Assembly: GCA_027459745.1 (NCBI GenBank)
Contig: DAIDHL010000001.1
Location: 13,828 to 77,827, forward strand
Reading direction: 5' to 3'
Source: Candidatus Levyibacteriota bacterium
GTDB taxonomy: Bacteria; Patescibacteriota; Microgenomatia; Levybacterales; UBA12049
DNA length: 64,000 nucleotides
The translations under genes were made by a program, and so were the position numbers. The stretch's first letter is position 1. Each line of letters begins with the position of its first letter. Below are positions 48,087 through 56,960 of this stretch, piece by piece. The notes under the pieces are model-generated. The model saw only the letters and a program-made list of their open reading frames with translations, made no database searches and was not told the DNA's origin.

Positions 48087-49397
48087 ATGGCAGAGAATCT
48101 AATGGAAAAATTAGTTGCATTGTGTAAACGTCGGGGATTTATTTATCCTGGTTCTGAGATATATGGTGGTTTAGGTGGAACTTGGGATTATGGACCAGTT
48201 GGAAGTTTACTTAAAAAAAATCTGAAAGATTTGTGGTGGAAAGAAATGGTTCAATTGCGTAACGATATTGTTGGCGTTGATGCAGCTATTATGATGAATC
48301 CGAAAGCATGGGAAGCATCAGGGCATGTAGAAGCTTTTACGGATCCACTTGTAGAATGCAAAATTTGTCACCAAAGATTTCGCGCAGATAAACCTGAAGA
48401 AATTGCACTTCATGAAAAGTCTCATAAAGACGTCAGGATTGAATGGACAGAGCCACAACAGTTTAATCTCCTTGTTAAATCTTATTTGGGAGTTTTGGAA
48501 GGCAAGCAGTCAGAAATTTTTTTACGTGGAGAAATTACTAACGGAGTGCATGTTAATTTCCGCAATGTAGTTGACTCTACACGCGTCAAAATTCCATTCG
48601 GGATTGCCCAAATAGGAAAGGCATTTCGTAATGAAATTACGCCAGGTAATTTTACATTTCGCTCTCGTGAATTTGAACAGATGGAAGTGCAATTTTATAT
48701 TAAACCTGAACAGAACGAAGGTAAGAAATGGTTTGAATATTGGAAAAAGAATAGGATGGATTTTTATCTTTCTTTAGGAATGGCTAAAGAAAACTTACGT
48801 TTTAGGGACCATGCAGATAATGAGCGGGCACATTATGCAAAGGCTGCGACAGATATTGAATATAAGGCTCCATTTGGCTGGTCCGAGTTCATGGGGATTC
48901 ATCATAGAGGAGACTGGGACCTTAGTCGTCATCAAAAATATTCTGGAAAAGATATGACATACAAAGATCCCGTAAGTGGAGAGTCATATATTCCCTGGGA
49001 TATTGAAACTTCTGCAGGGGTTGACCGCTCAATTTTATTTTTATTATTAGATGCATATACAGAAGAAGAAAAACGTATTGTGATGAAATTGAGTCCGAAA
49101 ATCGCGCCCTATAAAGTAGCGGTATTTCCTTTATTAGCTAACAAAGAAGAACTGGTTGGAAAGGCCAGAGAAATTTATGAAAGCTTGCGCAAAAACTTTA
49201 TGACTGCTTGGGATGACCGTGGAAATATTGGGAAGAGATACTTGGCACAGGATGAAATAGGAACACCCTGGTGTGTGACAGTTGATTTCCAAACATTAGA
49301 AGATGGAATGGTGACAGTGCGTGATCGAGATACTGCACAACAGACTAGAGTAAAAATTGGAGAGCTTAAGGATTACTTTGTTTCTCATTTAATCTAG
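48087..49397 (+). CDS. glyQS: Glycine--tRNA ligase, alpha2 homodimeric (GlyQS) type.
   Basis: N-terminus LVALCKRRGFIYPGSEIYGGLGGTWDYGPVG and class II aaRS motifs (FRNEITPGNFTFRSREFEQME motif 2 region). The length is 436 aa. Confidence 0.9.
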   Translation: MAENLMEKLVALCKRRGFIYPGSEIYGGLGGTWDYGPVGSLLKKNLKDLWWKEMVQLRNDIVGVDAAIMMNPKAWEASGHVEAFTDPLVECKICHQRFRADKPEEIALHEKSHKDVRIEWTEPQQFNLLVKSYLGVLEGKQSEIFLRGEITNGVHVNFRNVVDSTRVKIPFGIAQIGKAFRNEITPGNFTFRSREFEQMEVQFYIKPEQNEGKKWFEYWKKNRMDFYLSLGMAKENLRFRDHADNERAHYAKAATDIEYKAPFGWSEFMGIHHRGDWDLSRHQKYSGKDMTYKDPVSGESYIPWDIETSAGVDRSILFLLLDAYTEEEKRIVMKLSPKIAPYKVAVFPLLANKEELVGKAREIYESLRKNFMTAWDDRGNIGKRYLAQDEIGTPWCVTVDFQTLEDGMVTVRDRDTAQQTRVKIGELKDYFVSHLI

Positions 49398-49404
49398 TAC
49401 TTCA

Positions 49405-51300
49405 TTATTGAAGAGCAAATCCTTTTAACTGTCGTATTCTATCTCTTCGTCGCTTTAATAAGCTTTTCTCAGAAAGTCCTTTTACTTTTAAGAAAGCATA
49501 TCCAAGAGCATCATGTATGGCCTTTGCAGTTATGTAAGGATTTTTATCTTCAGGAATAACTTCATCAATAAGCCCGAGGTCTTTTTGATCGGCTGCTGTC
49601 GCCCTCATATTATTTATTGTAAGTTTAATGTCTTCAACTGTAGGGTTTGCTTCATTATTAAGAATGGCAGTTGCCGAACGTGGTTCTGCCACAAAAGCCA
49701 TGCTTTTTCCCGTCATAGCTACATGATCTCCAAGTGGTGTGGTGGCCAGTCCGCCACCACTTCCGAGTGCGCCTATCACCACAGAAATAACTGGATGTGG
49801 GTAAGTTATTCCTGCTTGGATTGACTTGGCTATTTCTCTTGACTGACCGTTCTTTTCTGCTTCCAGAGTAGGCTTTGCTCCGAGGGTATCTGTAAAAAAT
49901 ACTACTGGTAAGTGCAATCGCTCACCCATAGCTAACATCCTTTGCATATATTCAAAATCAGCGGGACCCGGGCTTGACGGGATTTTATTTACTTTATCTC
50001 CGACTTGAATATAACTTGGCTGATTACCAATTGCTAAGAAAGGCTGCTCACCAATTTTGCCTAGTCCAGCAATAATTGCAGGATAGTTTATATTTCCTTG
50101 GTCTTGAAAGCTATTGTATAAAGGCAAAAAGTCACTAAAAGAATGGGACATAAAAAATTCAGAGTCTGGTCGATTTGCATTCTTAATTAATGATTCATAT
50201 TGTTTATATAATCTATCCTCAGTAGATTCTTGTGTTGATGGTAAATCTTTTCCCCATAGTGTACTCGCCTCACTGGGTTGTCGATTTACATTGGAAAATT
50301 GGGATGTATTAGCTCCTTGTACATCTTTATACGAAATACCAGGTTGTACTTGGAAATTAGCTATCATTTCAGGAGTAATAACTCTATGATCTCGTTTTGT
50401 TAGTCTTAAATAATGATGAAGAAACTTTAATAAATCATGTTGATCATCAACTAAAAGGTCAACATTCCTTTGTATAAGATTAATCTCTGCACTTTGTTCG
50501 CCTTTAAGAACTGGCTTTTTCGTATATGTTTCAATAACTCTAGGTCCGGAAAAACCGTAGTCAGTTCCTCGAAATGCTACGACGAGATCTGCCAAAGGAA
50601 CACCACTTGCAGATACACCACCCCATACTTGCCCATTCAGAACTGCTACTGATGGTTGATCTGTGAGTCTCTTATGTGATTCTATGGCTTGTACCATTCG
50701 GGTCATCTGAATAAGGCCTGCGAAATTTTCTTGTTGACGCACTCCTGCTGATGAATATATTGAAACAAGTGGTAAATTTCTACTTATAGCCAGGTCTGAT
50801 GCAGCTTGAAGTTTTTCGCCGGCAACAACACCTAAAGAACCTGCAAAAAAATCCCAGTGCATACTATAAAGGGCTATACTTTGCTCGCCTATTTTCGCAG
50901 TTCCCACAGCTGCTGCTTCATTTTTTCCCTTCGCTGCTTCCTTTGCTAGTTTATCAGTATATGTTTCAAATCCGCCGCTAGTCAGGCGACGAAGAAGGCC
51001 TATTCTATCTTCTCCAATTTGCCATCCTTTATGTCTTTCTCTGAATCGCAGTCTTACTTTCATACCTGCAGCAGTCTGTGCTGCATCAACTTTTGGGCGT
51101 AATGTCATAATACGACTCAGAGGAGTTGCCACTTCTTTAAAAGGAGGAAGTGCCTCTACTAATCCTGCAACATCACCTTGATCTGCATAATATTCTGAGG
51201 GTTCTTGAGGGATATGGCGATTTTTAAATAATTTAGCTTGGCTTGGAATTTCAGCTGATGACATAGTGCGTATTCTAGCAAAGCAAGAATGGTTGTGCAA
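49405..51300 (-). CDS. Acetyl-CoA (acyl-CoA) carboxylase carboxyltransferase, fused beta (AccD-like) and alpha (AccA-like) subunits.
   Basis: The N-terminal half reads AKIGEQSIALYSMHWDFFAGSLGVVAGEKL...IYSSAGVRQQE, matching AccD ...AFEFAFMGGSMG...SASGGARMQE. The C-terminal half reads HLPVVFFTDTLGAKPTLEAEKNGQSREIAKSI...VISVVIGALGSGGGLA, matching AccA [23 protein letters not shown]...VIGEGGSGGALA. Confidence 0.75.
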   Translation of the reverse strand: MHNHSCFARIRTMSSAEIPSQAKLFKNRHIPQEPSEYYADQGDVAGLVEALPPFKEVATPLSRIMTLRPKVDAAQTAAGMKVRLRFRERHKGWQIGEDRIGLLRRLTSGGFETYTDKLAKEAAKGKNEAAAVGTAKIGEQSIALYSMHWDFFAGSLGVVAGEKLQAASDLAISRNLPLVSIYSSAGVRQQENFAGLIQMTRMVQAIESHKRLTDQPSVAVLNGQVWGGVSASGVPLADLVVAFRGTDYGFSGPRVIETYTKKPVLKGEQSAEINLIQRNVDLLVDDQHDLLKFLHHYLRLTKRDHRVITPEMIANFQVQPGISYKDVQGANTSQFSNVNRQPSEASTLWGKDLPSTQESTEDRLYKQYESLIKNANRPDSEFFMSHSFSDFLPLYNSFQDQGNINYPAIIAGLGKIGEQPFLAIGNQPSYIQVGDKVNKIPSSPGPADFEYMQRMLAMGERLHLPVVFFTDTLGAKPTLEAEKNGQSREIAKSIQAGITYPHPVISVVIGALGSGGGLATTPLGDHVAMTGKSMAFVAEPRSATAILNNEANPTVEDIKLTINNMRATAADQKDLGLIDEVIPEDKNPYITAKAIHDALGYAFLKVKGLSEKSLLKRRRDRIRQLKGFALQ

Positions 51301-51356
51301 TTTAAATTAGTCTTAGTTGACAAAAGCTGTACGGCTGGTAAAATTGATATAAATAC

Positions 51357-51890
51357 ATGAAATATTTGCAAAATACTAAAATTTTAATAGGTGCCATAGC
51401 AGTATTAGTAATTTTAATTGTGGGTGGTGCAGCCTGGTTTTTCTTTAATAATAAAGGATTAACTAATCAAGCAGATCAAGGACAGGCAAATTCTCAGAGT
51501 GGAGGTCAATCCCAAACTATTGGATCCTTGTCCCCATCTGATATAGGATTGCAGATGGTATTAAGAAGTGACAGCAAAGCAATCAAGTTTACAGCTAATA
51601 AACTACAAGGGGTAAAGTCTCTAGAATGGAATTTTACCTATCAAGCCGATATACCTCAGAGTGATCAGAATCAGTACAATCAGGGGCAGAAAGTGACCCA
51701 GGAATTTGGTAGTGACAGTCCCGTGATATTGAATGGCAAGACATCTTACGAATCGCAGTTCCGTGAATTGGGGACGTGTTCGAGTGGTGTATGTAGATAT
51801 GATACCGGAGTGACTTCAGTACAACTACAAATGAAGGTCACTAAATTAGATGGGTCAATTTACAAAGTGGACGACTCAATTAACCTCTAA
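51357..51890 (+). CDS. Hypothetical membrane-anchored/secreted protein with a Gln/Ser-rich linker.
   Basis: N-terminal TM (ILIGAIAVLVILIVGGAAWFFF) followed by a low-complexity QADQGQANSQSGGQSQ segment. Confidence 0.4.
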   Translation: MKYLQNTKILIGAIAVLVILIVGGAAWFFFNNKGLTNQADQGQANSQSGGQSQTIGSLSPSDIGLQMVLRSDSKAIKFTANKLQGVKSLEWNFTYQADIPQSDQNQYNQGQKVTQEFGSDSPVILNGKTSYESQFRELGTCSSGVCRYDTGVTSVQLQMKVTKLDGSIYKVDDSINL

Positions 51891-52110
51891 ACTTCAAATA
51901 TATCTGGATAGAAAAGCCTTCATTAGCTATTAAATTGGTATAGACCGTTATTTTTAGGCATGCTAAGAATAAATTAAAGACACTTCTGTTATCCAAGTTT
52001 CAATTAATAAGAAAAGTTTCTGATGTTGATAGAAGTATTTCTTCTATTTATTTTCGTCTATTTTTGTATTGACTTTTCACAGAAATAAGCGCAAAATAAA
52101 TAATTAGTAC

Positions 52111-52130
52111 AAAGTAGGAAAAAGTAGGAA
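52111..52130 (+). promoter_or_regulatory. Perfect 10-bp tandem direct repeat AAAGTAGGAA x2 immediately upstream of mraZ. It is a candidate MraZ operator and also contains the RBS.
   Basis: aaagtaggaa(52111-52120) aaagtaggaa(52121-52130), followed by aaaat and the ATG at 52136. A TTGACT hexamer lies at 52069-52074. Confidence 0.35.
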
Positions 52131-52135
52131 AAAAT

Positions 52136-52573
52136 ATGTTGCTGGGACAGTACGAAGGAACGTTAACGAACAAACAACAAATCAGTCTGCCCAGTAAATT
52201 TAGACAGATTCTTGGTGAGAGAATTATCATCACTAAAGGGTTTGAGCATTGTTTAATTGTAGTTTCAGAAGGAATGTGGAAGACATTATTGGAGGGGACT
52301 GAGGGAAAACCATTTACAGATAAACCGGCAAGAGAAATACAAAGGTTTTTACTAGGAAACGCTACATTCGTAGAACTGGACAGTAAAGGTAGATGTGTGC
52401 TGCCTGCATACCTACGTGAATATGCCCAGATTATGAATGAAATTGTTTTTGCAGGTCTCTCCCGCTTTGTGGAGATTTGGGATAAAAAGGCCTGGAAAGA
52501 ACAACAAAGTAGTTTAAGTGAAAATGCAGTCAGTATTGCAGAACGCCTGTCCAGAGAGGAAAAAGATGAGTAA
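52136..52573 (+). CDS. mraZ: Transcriptional regulator MraZ.
   Basis: MLLGQYEGTLTNKQQISLPSKFRQIL...ITKGFEHCLIV and a second half-domain ...ATFVELDSKGRCVLPAYLREYA: the duplicated SpoVT/AbrB-like MraZ fold. It is the first gene of the dcw block. Confidence 0.9.
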   Translation: MLLGQYEGTLTNKQQISLPSKFRQILGERIIITKGFEHCLIVVSEGMWKTLLEGTEGKPFTDKPAREIQRFLLGNATFVELDSKGRCVLPAYLREYAQIMNEIVFAGLSRFVEIWDKKAWKEQQSSLSENAVSIAERLSREEKDE

Positions 52574-53492
52574 TTATCATACTAGCGTTTTGCCTGAGGA
52601 AACGATTGGATATTTAAACATAAAAAGAGGTGAAAAATATATTGATGCTACGCTAGGTGGAGGAGGACATACAACTCAAATTCTAGAGCAGGGTGGGAAA
52701 GTTTTAGGAATTGATGTCGACCAAGAAGCGTTGGACGAGGTTGAAAAAAGAATTAAAGATCAAAAGTTTTTAGTTCATGTATCAAGTGAAAAGGAACAGG
52801 CAAACATAAGATTGGATGCAGATTTAATTTTAGTTAAGGGAAATTTTAGAGATATAAGAAAAATTGCAAAAAAATATGGTTTTGAAAACGTTGCAGGCAT
52901 TATTTTTGATCTTGGTGTTTCAAGTCATCAGATTGATGACGCAAATAGAGGATTCAGTTTTAGTAAAGAAGGACCGTTAGACATGCGGATGGATAATAAT
53001 TTGTCTGTTACAGCCAAAGATTTGGTAAATGGATTACATAGGAATGAGTTGATTGAGATATTCAAACGGTTTGGGGAAGAAAATTTTGCGCACGGCATTG
53101 CAACAGAGATTGTTAAAACAAGAAAAGAGAAACCGATTGAAACAACTAAACAACTGACTGAAATTATTGAAAGAGTAATGCCAGCCAAGTTAAATAGAAT
53201 GGCGGCGGCGGCTAGAATATTTCAGTCTTTAAGGATAGTAGTAAATGATGAGCTACATGCCATTGAAGATGCGTTGCCTGAAGCTTGTAGTTTGTTGCAA
53301 ACAAGAGGAAAATTAATTGTTATTTCTTTTCATTCCTTGGAGGATAGAATAGTAAAGCATTTGTTCGTAAAATTCGAACAACAAGGAATGGGAAAAGCAT
53401 TGACACACCAACCAGTGTTGGCGACAGAAAAAGAAATAGCAATGAATGTTAGAAGTAGAAGCGCTAAATTAAGAGTGTTTGAAAAAATATAA
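52566..53492 (+). CDS. rsmH: 16S rRNA (cytosine1402-N4)-methyltransferase RsmH (MraW).
   Basis: HTSVLPEETIGYL...YIDATLGGGGHT is the SAM-binding motif of RsmH. The start is chosen at MSNYHT; the ORF-track start at 52518 would overlap mraZ. Confidence 0.9.
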   Translation: MSNYHTSVLPEETIGYLNIKRGEKYIDATLGGGGHTTQILEQGGKVLGIDVDQEALDEVEKRIKDQKFLVHVSSEKEQANIRLDADLILVKGNFRDIRKIAKKYGFENVAGIIFDLGVSSHQIDDANRGFSFSKEGPLDMRMDNNLSVTAKDLVNGLHRNELIEIFKRFGEENFAHGIATEIVKTRKEKPIETTKQLTEIIERVMPAKLNRMAAAARIFQSLRIVVNDELHAIEDALPEACSLLQTRGKLIVISFHSLEDRIVKHLFVKFEQQGMGKALTHQPVLATEKEIAMNVRSRSAKLRVFEKI

Positions 53493-53495
53493 AAT

Positions 53496-53786
53496 ATGAA
53501 ACTGCCTATTATTACTTTATCTATATTATTAATATTAGTTGTATCATTACTGATAGTTAATTTAACTGTTTCTAATATGATGTCTACGGGTGGCATAAGT
53601 TTAGATAACTTGCAGACTCAACTTGTCAACCTGCAACAGGAAGATACTAACCTGGAACAAAAAGTACTGGCTCTTTCATCATATACACATATTGCCTCAG
53701 CGGCTGCTACAATGGGATTTGCAGCGGATAAAAATACAGTTGCGTTTTCTACGCAGAATTCCATGCCGCTTGCCTATCAACAATGA
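53496..53786 (+). CDS. ftsL: Cell division protein FtsL-like.
   Basis: A 96-aa bitopic protein with a single TM (IITLSILLILVVSLLIV) followed by a coiled-coil-like LQTQLVNLQQEDTNLEQKVLAL. It sits between rsmH and ftsI. Confidence 0.65.
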   Translation: MKLPIITLSILLILVVSLLIVNLTVSNMMSTGGISLDNLQTQLVNLQQEDTNLEQKVLALSSYTHIASAAATMGFAADKNTVAFSTQNSMPLAYQQ

Positions 53787-55471
53787 GTCGCCGTTATCGT
53801 TTGACTTTAATAGCTTTTACGCTACTTTTCTTATTTGTCGCACTGCGTTTGTTTTATTGGCAGATAGTACGAGCCAATGAATTAGTCAACATGGGCAATG
53901 CTCAATATGGTAATTATGTAAAGGTAACTCCTAAAAGAGGTGAGATTGAGGCATCAGATGGTTATCCCATCGCAGCAGATAAAGTTGACTATACCGTCTT
54001 TGCTAACCCAAAACTTATAAGCAATTCTAGTCTGGTCGCAAGTGCATTAAGTCCGATTTTAAATGAAGATCCAGCATCAATAAGTGCATTGTTAAATTTA
54101 AATTTGTTTTGGGTGTCATTGGCTCCGAAAGTAGATAATACCGTTGAAGAGAAAATTAGTAAGTTAAATCTACCAGGAGTCGGATTCGAAGAAAAATATG
54201 GACGATATTACCCAGAGGCTTCCATGGCTGCTAATCTACTGGGTTTTGTAGGTAAAGATGCCAATGGAAATGATAAAGGATATTTTGGGTTAGAAGGTTT
54301 TTATAATCGGCTTTTAGCGGGACAATCTACCTATGAAATGGAAATTCATGATGCATTTGGCAGGCCTATTCTTTCAAAGTTACAAAGCTATACGCCAGAT
54401 CAGGAAGGTAGAACTCTGGTACTGAATGTAGATAGAGCTTTTCAATATGACATGGAAACTGAGTTGAAAAAAGGTTTGGCTTTGTATGGAGGTAAGAGCA
54501 TTATGGCCGCTGCTATTGATCCAAAGACAGGAGGAATTTTGGCTATGGCGCAATATCCAAGCTTTGACCCTGCCAATTATGTAGATTACTCTGACCAGGA
54601 GTACATAAATGGTTTTATTACAGATACTTATGAACCTGGTTCAACTTTTAAACCTCTGGTGATGGCCACGGCCATAGATAAGGGCCTAGTAACGCCATAT
54701 ACTAAATGTACGATCTGTGGAGGACCGGTTTCGATTGGTGGATATCAGATTCACACCTGGAATGACAAATATATTCCCGGTATAAATATGATAGACGTCA
54801 TTCAAAATTCTGATAATACCGGGATGACTTTTGTCAGCGAGAAACTTGGTATGGCAGGTATGGAAGACGTATTAAACAGATTTGGTATGAAAGATATAAC
54901 GGGAATTGATTTGCAAGGTGAAGCTTCGGCAGATATAAAACCGGAGAATCAATGGTATTCGATTGATGTAGCTACTGCGAGTTTTGGACAGGGTATAGCA
55001 GTAACTCCGATCGAGTTATTGACTGGGTTTGCCAGTTTAGCGAATAATGGGATTTTGATGCAGCCAGAAGTTGTGAAACAGATTATTAATCCTGATGGTA
55101 GCGTGGTTAATATTTCTCCAAAAATGGTGAGAAGAACTGTTTCAGTCCAAACGGCTAAGACCATGAATGAAATTTTGGTTAATTCAGTTGACCATGGTGA
55201 GGCGCAATTTTATAGAGTTCATGGGTACAGAATTGCGGGTAAGACAGGGACAGCGCAAATTCCCGTAAATGGTCACTATGATCCAACTAATACAATTGCT
55301 TCATTTATCGGATACGCCCCGGCAGATGATCCTAAATTTGCTATGTTAGTAATTGTTAATAAGCCTACTTTATATGAGTGGGGATCAGAAACAGCTGCGC
55401 CTACCTGGTTTAATATCGCTAAAGATATGCTGACATACTACAATATACCTCCCACTGGAGGGGATAATTAA
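53783..55471 (+). CDS. ftsI: Penicillin-binding protein (class B transpeptidase, FtsI/PBP2-like).
   Basis: N-terminal TM, then SxxK (GSTFKP), SxN (NSDNTG) and KTG(T) (AGKTGTAQI) motifs. Confidence 0.9.
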   Translation: MSRRYRLTLIAFTLLFLFVALRLFYWQIVRANELVNMGNAQYGNYVKVTPKRGEIEASDGYPIAADKVDYTVFANPKLISNSSLVASALSPILNEDPASISALLNLNLFWVSLAPKVDNTVEEKISKLNLPGVGFEEKYGRYYPEASMAANLLGFVGKDANGNDKGYFGLEGFYNRLLAGQSTYEMEIHDAFGRPILSKLQSYTPDQEGRTLVLNVDRAFQYDMETELKKGLALYGGKSIMAAAIDPKTGGILAMAQYPSFDPANYVDYSDQEYINGFITDTYEPGSTFKPLVMATAIDKGLVTPYTKCTICGGPVSIGGYQIHTWNDKYIPGINMIDVIQNSDNTGMTFVSEKLGMAGMEDVLNRFGMKDITGIDLQGEASADIKPENQWYSIDVATASFGQGIAVTPIELLTGFASLANNGILMQPEVVKQIINPDGSVVNISPKMVRRTVSVQTAKTMNEILVNSVDHGEAQFYRVHGYRIAGKTGTAQIPVNGHYDPTNTIASFIGYAPADDPKFAMLVIVNKPTLYEWGSETAAPTWFNIAKDMLTYYNIPPTGGDN

Positions 55472-55486
55472 AAAATAGGATTATAA

Positions 55487-55816
55487 TTAGCGAATAGTTG
55501 CACCAGGTTTGGTGTCTTCACTGGGTTTTAGAGGCAATGGTTTTTCTCCTTCAGCTGCAAGTATCATGCCTTCTGAATCTTCGCCCATCATTTTGCGAGG
55601 CTGCAGATTAAGAATAAAAATGAACTGTTTATTCTCCAAATCTTCGGGCATGTACCATTGTTTAATGCCAGACAAAATATTTCGTGTTCCTTCTTCACCA
55701 AAATTAACGGTTAACCTGAGCAATTTCTCAGAATTCTCTTTTTCTTCGGCCTTAATTACTTTCCCGACACGTAAGTCTAATTTGGAAAAATCGTCAATAG
55801 TGATTATTGGTTTCAT
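55487..55816 (-). CDS. csaA: tRNA-binding domain protein (CsaA/Trbp111/EMAP-like OB fold).
   Basis: DFSKLDLRVGKVIKAEE...KLLRLTVNFGEE...RNILSGIK is the Myf/tRNA_bind domain signature. Confidence 0.7.
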   Translation of the reverse strand: MKPIITIDDFSKLDLRVGKVIKAEEKENSEKLLRLTVNFGEEGTRNILSGIKQWYMPEDLENKQFIFILNLQPRKMMGEDSEGMILAAEGEKPLPLKPSEDTKPGATIR

Positions 55817-55842
55817 AATCAGAATTATACCATACCATAAAA

Positions 55843-55898
55843 GGGTTAAGGGTTAAGGGTTAAGGGTTAAGGGTTAAGGGTTAAGGGTTAAGGGTTAA
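55843..55898. repeat. Heptanucleotide microsatellite (GGGTTAA)x8.
   Basis: Eight perfect tandem copies at 55843-55898. On the minus strand the tract encodes the last residues (..LTLNP) and the TAA stop of the DUF192 gene. It lies in the upstream region of the csaA-like gene. Confidence 0.95.
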
Positions 55899-56195
55899 TT
55901 TGTCTCCAAGTTTGATATTCCTTTTTTTTATAAATGTAGGGGGTAATTCTAAAATATTTTTAAATCTGGGAGGCCAAAAAAATAATCTATTGGGTACCAT
56001 ATTTTTTTTTAGTTTCTTTACAATAAAGTTATTATCTAAAACAACTACATCAATAGGATATTGCATGCCAAAAGTGTGTATTCCCCAGCGAGTTTGAAAG
56101 TAGAGGGGTTTGGGATGAGAAGAGTTGAGGAGACCAATTACTTTGTTTATTAGAGTATTCGCATTGGTTACATTAAAAATTGTTACAGTTTTCAT
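55881..56195 (-). CDS. DUF192 (COG1430) family protein.
   Basis: The 104-aa product's central TRWGIHTFGMQYPIDVVVLDNNFIV segment matches the conserved core of DUF192. Confidence 0.5.
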   Translation of the reverse strand: MKTVTIFNVTNANTLINKVIGLLNSSHPKPLYFQTRWGIHTFGMQYPIDVVVLDNNFIVKKLKKNMVPNRLFFWPPRFKNILELPPTFIKKRNIKLGDKLTLNP

Positions 56196-56325
56196 AAGTA
56201 AAGTATAACGATTATTGTTCGATCGAATTGAGCACTAACCGTCTGGACCTTTCGCCTCTGGCTCGAGAAATATTACAGATCTTTATTACTAAAGTTTAAT
56301 ACTCTATACTAAATAATACTATCAT

Positions 56326-56904
56326 ATGACTGGGCGTACACATGACTTAGCCGCTTTCACTACATTGACTTATATAGTAGCTACTCAACCTGTTCATAGT
56401 ATTTCACTGGCTACAGGTTTAGTTGCTATTACTGCAAATTTAATTGGAGGAATTGCTCCTGATGTAGATCAACCTACCGCTCCTTTTTGGAAAAATTTAC
56501 CGATAGGCGGAGTGCTTGGTCGTATCTTTGATAAATTTTTGGGTGGACATCGTTTTATCTCCCATTCGCTAATTGGAGTGGCAATTTTTGGTTTTATTTT
56601 CCATTACATTTTACAGATTCTTCGCCCCAGCTTTCCTCATTTGGATATGAACTTGATATGGTGGGCATTTGTGGTAGGCTATTTGTCTCATTTAGTCATG
56701 GATACAATTACTAGAGAAGGTGTCCCTTGGTTATTGCCAATTCCCTATAAATTTGGTTTCCCTCCCATTAAAGAATTGCGTGTTCAAACTGGAGGTTTAG
56801 TAGAGCGCTTAGTCGTTTTTCCTCTATTACTGATTGGGTGTGGATATATTTTTTATACACATTATCATCAGTTTTTAATTCTTATGCACCAGATTGGAAA
56901 ATAA
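56326..56904 (+). CDS. Membrane-bound metal-dependent hydrolase, YdjM/DUF457 family.
   Basis: MTGRTHDLAAFTTLTYIV...GGIAPDVDQP; the family has conserved His/Asp residues in the TM segments. About 190 aa with four TM helices. Confidence 0.55.
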   Translation: MTGRTHDLAAFTTLTYIVATQPVHSISLATGLVAITANLIGGIAPDVDQPTAPFWKNLPIGGVLGRIFDKFLGGHRFISHSLIGVAIFGFIFHYILQILRPSFPHLDMNLIWWAFVVGYLSHLVMDTITREGVPWLLPIPYKFGFPPIKELRVQTGGLVERLVVFPLLLIGCGYIFYTHYHQFLILMHQIGK

Positions 56905-56960
56905 TTTATACAAAGAGCTTTTACATATTGCTTACAGCTTAACCTTTATTCCAGGTAAGT

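Noticed and set aside
51301-51356. A divergent promoter between the accDA-like gene and the ORF at 51357 (TTGACA at 51317-51322).
   Set aside because: A -35-like hexamer is present, but no convincing -10 lies at 16-19 nt spacing. AT-rich spacers generate such matches frequently, so I did not report it as a feature.
55843-55898. CRISPR array.
   Set aside because: The unit is only 7 nt and perfectly tandem with no spacers. This is a microsatellite, not a CRISPR repeat-spacer array. No cas genes are in the window.
56210-56260. A tRNA gene, suggested by GTTCGATCGAA, which resembles a T-loop.
   Set aside because: I could not build an acceptor stem or anticodon arm on either strand. There is no CCA or discriminator context. 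It is probably a chance match.
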